A DNA stretch of 38,183 bases from a virus (Duplodnaviria > Caudoviricetes), in IMG/VR virus record IMGVR_UViG_3300028743_000015, positions 1-38,183 of that record; one strand, 5' to 3'. The notes below the pieces were generated by a model. That model did not search any database. It was given only the letters and a program-made list of their open reading frames with translations, and was not told where the DNA came from. Positions 33,653 to 38,183 of this stretch are shown one piece after another. Numbering within the stretch: position 1 is the first letter of the stretch; the number at the start of each line of letters is the position of its first letter. Made by a program: the position numbers and the translations under genes.

Positions 33653-33884
33653 CCTGGTCCCCACTGATTGGGCCGATGGGGTCAAGCATGCGCCAGCGCC
33701 AGACCAATCGAGCGACCCTGTGGCGATGCTAAAGGCATGGATCGGATTTGGCGTAGCCGAGGCCGGCAATGTCGAGATTGCCAACCGGCGCACTCATGAT
33801 GCCATGGGAATCGTGGCTCGTTGCGAAGCGCGCGATGCCACGGCGGTGAATAAGTCCCGCCGGAAATTTCTCGGCCTGTTCTGA
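33540..33884 (+). CDS. Outer-membrane spanin lipoprotein (Rz1-like)
   Basis: GAGG SD; signal MFKPLLMLRLMLLALMLLVVPG-C lipobox; Pro-rich after Cys; overlaps the Rz 3' end in another frame. Confidence 0.78.
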   Translation: MFKPLLMLRLMLLALMLLVVPGCVGSTVVSAPPPACSSLVPTDWADGVKHAPAPDQSSDPVAMLKAWIGFGVAEAGNVEIANRRTHDAMGIVARCEARDATAVNKSRRKFLGLF

Positions 33885-33889
33885 ATACC

Positions 33890-34024
33890 GCCGCCCCCGG
33901 CCCATTCGGGGGTGGCAAAGGGTGCTGCTACACCCTGAACCGCGAGGCAGATACCCCCGCACCTCCGGCTGGCGCGCCCAGCCTTTGGCTCCCCCGGCCG
34001 TGACGGCGGAGTCTTCTTAGGTGC
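33890..34024 (+). ncRNA. Putative structured cis-regulatory leader of the methyltransferase
   Basis: Five stems identified by eye; GCACCT (33959-33964) can pair with the SD-like AGGTGC (34019-34024). Confidence 0.5.
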
Positions 34025-34030
34025 TTAATC

Positions 34031-34846
34031 ATGAAAGAACAAGAAGAGAACATTTGCAATCTTGCCTCCGTGGCGCCCACGCGTCCGCCGGCGCCATGGA
34101 TGGGGGGCAAGCGCGCCCTGGCCGGGTGCTTGTCCGATCTGATCGCCACCATCCCGCACCAGCGCTATGTCGAGCCCTTCGTCGGCATGGGTGGGGTATT
34201 TTTCCGGCGAAAACACCGACCAAAGCTGGAAGTGATCAACGACATCAACCGCGAGGTCGTGAACCTGTTTCGCCTTCTGCAGCGCCACTATCAGCAGCTG
34301 CTTGATGTCCTGAAATGGCAAGTCTGTTCGCGCGCCGAGTTCCAGCGCCTGCTCAAGGTTGAGCCTGAAACTCTGACCGATCTCGAACGCGCCGCGCGCT
34401 TCCTCTATCTCCAGAGATCCAGCTTTGGGGGTAAGGTCGCGGGGCAGACCTTCGGCATTTCCTATGACGGCGGCGCCCGATTCAATCTGACCAAGTTGGT
34501 GCCCCTGCTCGAGGATGTGCACGAGCGGCTGGCCGGCGTGGTGATCGAATGCCTACCCTATGCCGAATGCATCCGCCGCTATGATAGCCGACCGGGCACG
34601 CTGTTTTACCTTGATCCGCCCTACTGGGGCTGCACCGATGACTACGGCCGCAATATCTTTGCTCCGGCCGACTTCGAGGTGCTGCGTGACATCCTCGCCA
34701 ACCTGAATGGGCGATTCGTGCTATCGATCAACGATGTGCCGGAGATCCGCGAGATCTTTGCGGGCTTTACCTTGCACGAGGTCGGCTTGCATTATGGCAT
34801 CGGCGGTGGCCAGCGCCCGGCACGCGAGCTCATCATTACCAATTAG
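34031..34846 (+). CDS. DNA adenine methyltransferase (D12/Dam-like class), orphan
   Basis: PWMGGK, YVEPFVGMGGVFF (motif I), EVINDIN, FYLDPPY (motif IV). Confidence 0.93.
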   Translation: MKEQEENICNLASVAPTRPPAPWMGGKRALAGCLSDLIATIPHQRYVEPFVGMGGVFFRRKHRPKLEVINDINREVVNLFRLLQRHYQQLLDVLKWQVCSRAEFQRLLKVEPETLTDLERAARFLYLQRSSFGGKVAGQTFGISYDGGARFNLTKLVPLLEDVHERLAGVVIECLPYAECIRRYDSRPGTLFYLDPPYWGCTDDYGRNIFAPADFEVLRDILANLNGRFVLSINDVPEIREIFAGFTLHEVGLHYGIGGGQRPARELIITN

Positions 34847-35136
34847 GCCGCCGCCTCGATTCGCATCCGAAGGCCCAACGCTGGAAGCACCTTGAGCATC
34901 GTTTCCAGCGTTGGGTTTCCATCTTCGCTGAATGCCCGGTAAAGCGCCTGGCGCTTGATCCCCGTGGCGCTGGCCACATCGCTCATCCCGCGTGCACGCG
35001 CGACAATCCCGATCGCCTTCGCGACGATATGCGCATCTCCGGATGCAACAGCATCGGCCAGCAGCTCGGCTTGGTCCTCTGGCTCGGTAAGAAACTCTGC
35101 CGCGTCAAAACGACTCAGTTCGATAGTCATTTTCAT
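34843..35136 (-). CDS. Addiction-module antidote, HTH antitoxin (HI1420-like); start may be 35130
   Basis: FDAAEFL...AIGIVARARGMSDVASATGIKRQALYRAFSEDGNPTLETMLKV. Confidence 0.92.
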   Translation of the reverse strand: MKMTIELSRFDAAEFLTEPEDQAELLADAVASGDAHIVAKAIGIVARARGMSDVASATGIKRQALYRAFSEDGNPTLETMLKVLPALGLRMRIEAAA

Positions 35137-35161
35137 TTCCCTTCACATGTGGCGGCCGACC

Positions 35162-35452
35162 TTATGGTATCTGTGCCGCCATCTCCTTTGCCTTGACGAT
35201 ATCACGATCTTGGCTTCCCTTGTCGCCGCCGATCAGCAGGATGATAAGGGTCTGGCCGCGCAGGGTATAATAGAGCCGGTAGCCCGGCCCGAAGTCGATC
35301 TTCGCTTCGGAAACGCCGTTGCCCAGACTGCGGATGTTGCCCATCAGACCGAGTTCCATGCGCGCAATCCGCCCAGCGATTTTCGACTGTGCTTTGCGGT
35401 CACGGAGGCCGTTGAACCAGTCGGAGAAGGAAGGGGTTTGCTGCGTTTCCAT
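35162..35452 (-). CDS. Addiction-module killer, RelE-superfamily toxin (HI1419/Gp49-like)
   Basis: FSDWFNGLRDRKAQSKI...GNGVSEAKIDFGPGYRLYY...LLIGGDKGSQDRDI; toxin upstream of antitoxin. Confidence 0.92.
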   Translation of the reverse strand: METQQTPSFSDWFNGLRDRKAQSKIAGRIARMELGLMGNIRSLGNGVSEAKIDFGPGYRLYYTLRGQTLIILLIGGDKGSQDRDIVKAKEMAAQIP

Positions 35453-35455
35453 GCC

Positions 35456-35502
35456 GTCACATATAAATGACAGGTGGGGAACTGTCAATATATAAATGAC
35501 AG
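35456..35502 (-). promoter_or_regulatory. TA promoter with two GTCA-N8/9-TGAC operators
   Basis: TTGACA (35488-35483), 17 nt, TATATG (35465-35460); palindromes at 35456-35471 and 35482-35502 sharing ATATAAATGACAG. Confidence 0.78.
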
Positions 35503-35530
35503 TTTGCAGCCGTCGGTGCAGCCATTTGGA

Positions 35531-35564
35531 AGAACGTTTTTACAACCGTCTGTAAAAACGTTCT
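35531..35564. repeat. Perfect 14-bp inverted repeat near the att site
   Basis: AGAACGTTTTTACA-ACCGTC-TGTAAAAACGTTCT. Confidence 0.85.
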
Positions 35565-35611
35565 AGCGGCCAAATTGGCCATTTTGCAAAGTGCTGATTT
35601 TCAGGGAAAAA

Positions 35612-35688
35612 TGGTAGCGGAGGAGGGACTCGAACCCCCGACACGCGGATTATGATTCCGCTGCTCTAACCAGCTGAGCTACTCCGCC
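35612..35688 (-). tRNA. tRNA-Met (CAT), elongator type; probable prophage integration site
   Basis: GGCGGAGTAGCTCAGCTGGTTAGAGCAGCGGAATCATAATCCGCGTGTCGGGGGTTCGAGTCCCTCCTCCGCTACCA: cloverleaf, CAT anticodon, encoded CCA, no initiator C1:A72 mismatch. Confidence 0.93.
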
Positions 35689-35911
35689 CCATGGGCACTG
35701 CACCGGAGTAGAAGGCTAGTATTGCCCGGTGCAGGCGGCGCGCATACCCAAGGGTAGCGGGTCGGTCAACCTGCCAATTGCATGAAGCAACAAAATTTTC
35801 GTCATTCGCTGTTGATAAATGCGGATTCCGACGATCCCGCCCACCTTTTGGGGTGGTGAGCCTGATCGTTGAGCCCATTCTTTTTAGCCTTGAACAGCCT
35901 GGAGAGAATGG

Positions 35912-36500
35912 ATGGTAACGAGGAGGGCGAAGATGCGCGCTTTGCGCGAAGTGATGCGGATGTACCGGGATGGTGAGCTTGCGGTTCGCGAGGTTGCCCG
36001 ACTGACAGGTGTTGCGCGCTCGACGGCGCGGGACATGATCAGCCGGTTCGAGAAGAGCGGCCTTGCTTGGCCCATTCCGCCCGAGACGGGCGGCGATGAA
36101 CTGGAACGCTGCCTTTATGGCGCTGTCGGCGTGAAGCGAGGCCATCGCAAAATGCCGGAACCCGACTGGTCGGCGGTGGCGCGGGAGATGAAGCGCAAGC
36201 GCGTGACGCTTCAGGTTCTGTGGGAAGAATACATCGCCGAGCATCCTGACGGCTATCGTTACAGCCGTTTCTGCGATCTGTTCCGGGGCTGGGAAGGATG
36301 GCTACCGCTGGTCATGCGCCAGAAATACGGCGGCGGGGAGAAGCTATTCGTCGACTACGCTGGCGACACGGTGCCGGTGGTGGTGGACCGCAAAACCGGT
36401 GAGATACGGCCAGCCCATCTGTTCGTGGCGGTCATGGGTGGCTCAAATCTGTCGTTCGCGCATGCGACCAGGCCCCTCGCAAATGGTCGACTGGATCGAC
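35912..36500 (+). pseudogene. istA: istA transposase, N-terminal fragment
   Basis: PDWSAVAREMKRKRVTLQVLWEEY...YSRFC...GEKLFVDYAG; frameshift near 36470 then deletion of the rest of the DDE domain. Confidence 0.88.
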
Positions 36501-36501
36501 A

Positions 36502-36891
36502 ACCCTCGACTTGCTGGGCCAACTCGGCCTTGCCGGTATGGCAAAGGCCTTTGCCGATCTTGCCGTCAATGACGAAGCCGCCAGCCTCAGCCACGCTGAA
36601 TGGCTGGCGTTGCTGCTCGATCACGAAGCAACCTGGCGCAATGACCACCGCATGTCATTGCGCTTGCGTCAGGCCTGATTGCGCCACCATGTCACGCCCG
36701 AGGACGTCAATTATCGCAGCCCGCGCGGTCTCGAGCGCCGGTTCTTCGAGATGCTGACCAAGGGCGACTGGATCTCGGTTCACGAAAACCTGGCAATCAT
36801 TGGACCAAGCGGCATCGGCGAAAGTTGGTTGGCCTGCGCCATCGGTCACAAGGCCTGCCGCGACAATCGCTCCGTTCTCTACACAAGGCTA
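36502..36891 (+). pseudogene. istB: istB helper ATPase fragment
   Basis: LGLAGMAKAF...EWLALLLDHE, in-frame TGA at 36676-36678, Walker A degenerated to GPSGIGES, truncated after SVLYTRL. Confidence 0.88.
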
Positions 36892-37177
36892 AAGGCAGGA
36901 AGGGGCGGGCGGCATCCGGCATAGGCCAGGGATCACCGCCCGTCAGGAGTATCCCCGCGCCGCTGTTCAAAACGCGGAGGATCAGGAAGTCGAGCGTGGC
37001 ATCCGAAGGGCTGCCCAGCCGCCGCCTGCGGGGGACAAGGCGGCGGCGCGGCGGATTTGCGGGGGGTTAGGGCAACGGTCCGCCGTTACCAGCGCTATAG
37101 GCCTTGCGCGGCGCGGGGTATAAACCATCATTGGTGGTGACAGTGATCGGGAAAGCCGATGGAACTTTTCGCGCTGG

Positions 37178-38152
37178 TCAGATTTCGCCGCGCGCGCGCC
37201 GGATGGCGAACCAGTGTTCCACATTACGGTTATGCTCGGCCAGCGTGTCGGCAAAAGCGTGGCCGCCGGTGCCATCGGCCACCATATACAGCGCCTTGGT
37301 CTTGGCCGGGTGCAACACAGCCTCGATCGAATCGCGGCCCGGATTGGTGATCGGCCCCTTGGGCAGGCCGGTCATGGAATAGGTGTTGTAATCGTTCTTC
37401 GCCTGAATCTCGCTCTGGCGGATGCGGCGGCCCAGCGGCTTGCCCTTGGTGATCGGGTAGATGATCGTGGGATCGGCCTGCAACATGATATGCTCGCGCA
37501 GGCGGTTCGAATAGAGCCCGGCCACCATCGCGCGCTCGGACGGCTTGCCGGTTTCCTTCTCGACGATGGAGGCCAGCACCAGCGCCTCCTCGGGCGTCTT
37601 GGCAACCGTGTCCGGCCCGCGCTTGGCCCACAGGTCGGCCAGTGTCCTGGTCATGGCTGCCTGCATCCGCGCCAGCACCGCCGCGCGCGATTCGCCCGCC
37701 TTGATGTCATAGGTATCGGGCAGGATGCTGCCCTCTGTGGGCGCCTCGGCTTGCCCCGTCAGGAAGGGCTGCGCGACAAGGCGCTCCCGCACCATAATGC
37801 TGGGCAAGCCTTCGGGAATGGTCACAAAGCGGCGGATGGCTTCGTTGCCGGACAGGATCGCCACAATCTGACGCTCACTGGCGCCCTTGGGCAGCAGGAA
37901 CTCGCCCGCCTTCACCGCCGCGCCGCTGCTGAGCAAGCGGGCGTGGAAGCGGAACGCGCGAGCGGAATAGATCGCGCCGGATTTTTGCAGTTTGGTCGCC
38001 ACCATCGGCAGGCTGGCGCCATCGGGCACCACAAAGGCGCGATCCCCGGCCAAAGGCCCCGCGCCATACCAGCCGTGCAGGACGCTGCCCACCACCAGCA
38101 CAGCGGCCAGCGGCAGGGCAAGGAGGGCGAGTCTGACCGGCTTCTTCTTCAT
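37178..38152 (-). CDS. mltG: Endolytic transglycosylase MltG (host gene)
   Basis: N-terminal TM, VTIPEG, EGSILPDTY, LASIVEKET, LQADPTIIY, YNTYSMTGLPKGPITNPG. Confidence 0.96.
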   Translation of the reverse strand: MKKKPVRLALLALPLAAVLVVGSVLHGWYGAGPLAGDRAFVVPDGASLPMVATKLQKSGAIYSARAFRFHARLLSSGAAVKAGEFLLPKGASERQIVAILSGNEAIRRFVTIPEGLPSIMVRERLVAQPFLTGQAEAPTEGSILPDTYDIKAGESRAAVLARMQAAMTRTLADLWAKRGPDTVAKTPEEALVLASIVEKETGKPSERAMVAGLYSNRLREHIMLQADPTIIYPITKGKPLGRRIRQSEIQAKNDYNTYSMTGLPKGPITNPGRDSIEAVLHPAKTKALYMVADGTGGHAFADTLAEHNRNVEHWFAIRRARGEI

Positions 38153-38183
38153 CGCACCCGCCTATCCGCGAAGGGTTGCCAAG

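Larger units (their letters stand above)
1..35611. mobile_element. Temperate podovirus-like prophage (BPP-1/epsilon15-like structural module), left end outside window
   Basis: Contiguous cI/cro, primase-helicase, terS/terL, portal, capsid, tubular tail, ejection proteins, tailspike and lysis genes ending at the 3' end of a tRNA gene. No tape measure or sheath gene. No integrase in the window. Confidence 0.95.
35820..36891 (+). mobile_element. Degenerate IS21-family element
   Basis: Begins TGCGGATTCCGACGATCCCGCCCACC (IS21-like left end); truncated istA joined to broken istB; right end not seen. Confidence 0.85.

Noticed and set aside
34031-34846. Restriction-modification pair formed by the MTase and the PLD protein
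   Set aside because: The genes are separated by the spanins and the PLD lacks a visible DNA-recognition domain; an orphan MTase is simpler.
28380-35611. Diversity-generating retroelement, expected from the BPP-1-like architecture
   Set aside because: No reverse transcriptase motif and no template/variable repeat pair seen after the tailspike.
35666-36244. 192-aa minus-strand ORF
   Set aside because: Antisense to istA and runs into the tRNA.

Overview
Positions 1 to about 35.6 kb are the right-hand part of a temperate podovirus-type prophage. Its structural module resembles the BPP-1/epsilon15 group, and no phage RNA polymerase is present in the window. It abuts the 3' end of an elongator tRNA-Met (35612-35688, minus strand) in an alphaproteobacterial chromosome, probably Sphingomonadaceae (inferred). 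The integrase and the other att site must lie left of the window. Gene order: cI/cro immunity switch with four operator-like sites, primase-helicase with an iteron-like origin, HTH regulator, terS, an inserted amidase, terL, portal, head and tail genes, three ejection proteins, tailspike, a lysis cassette containing an HKD (PLD-family) enzyme, a DNA adenine methyltransferase with a structured leader, and a toxin-first TA pair. One ejection protein carries an M23 peptidase; another is a 2819-aa polyvalent protein with ADP-ribosyltransferase and zincin motifs. After the tRNA come a decayed IS21 and host mltG. Main highlights: (1) a probable overprinted +1-frame gene (21739-22023) with its own sigma70-like promoter and SD inside the giant ejection gene, directly in front of the ART domain, a candidate hidden effector/immunity pair; (2) a five-copy late promoter motif, CGTTCACWWG-N17-YAnnnT, that appears to give leaderless mRNAs; (3) the PLD gene in the lysis cassette; (4) an RNA structure that could sequester the methyltransferase SD. 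All assignments come from reading motifs by eye; no searches were run.
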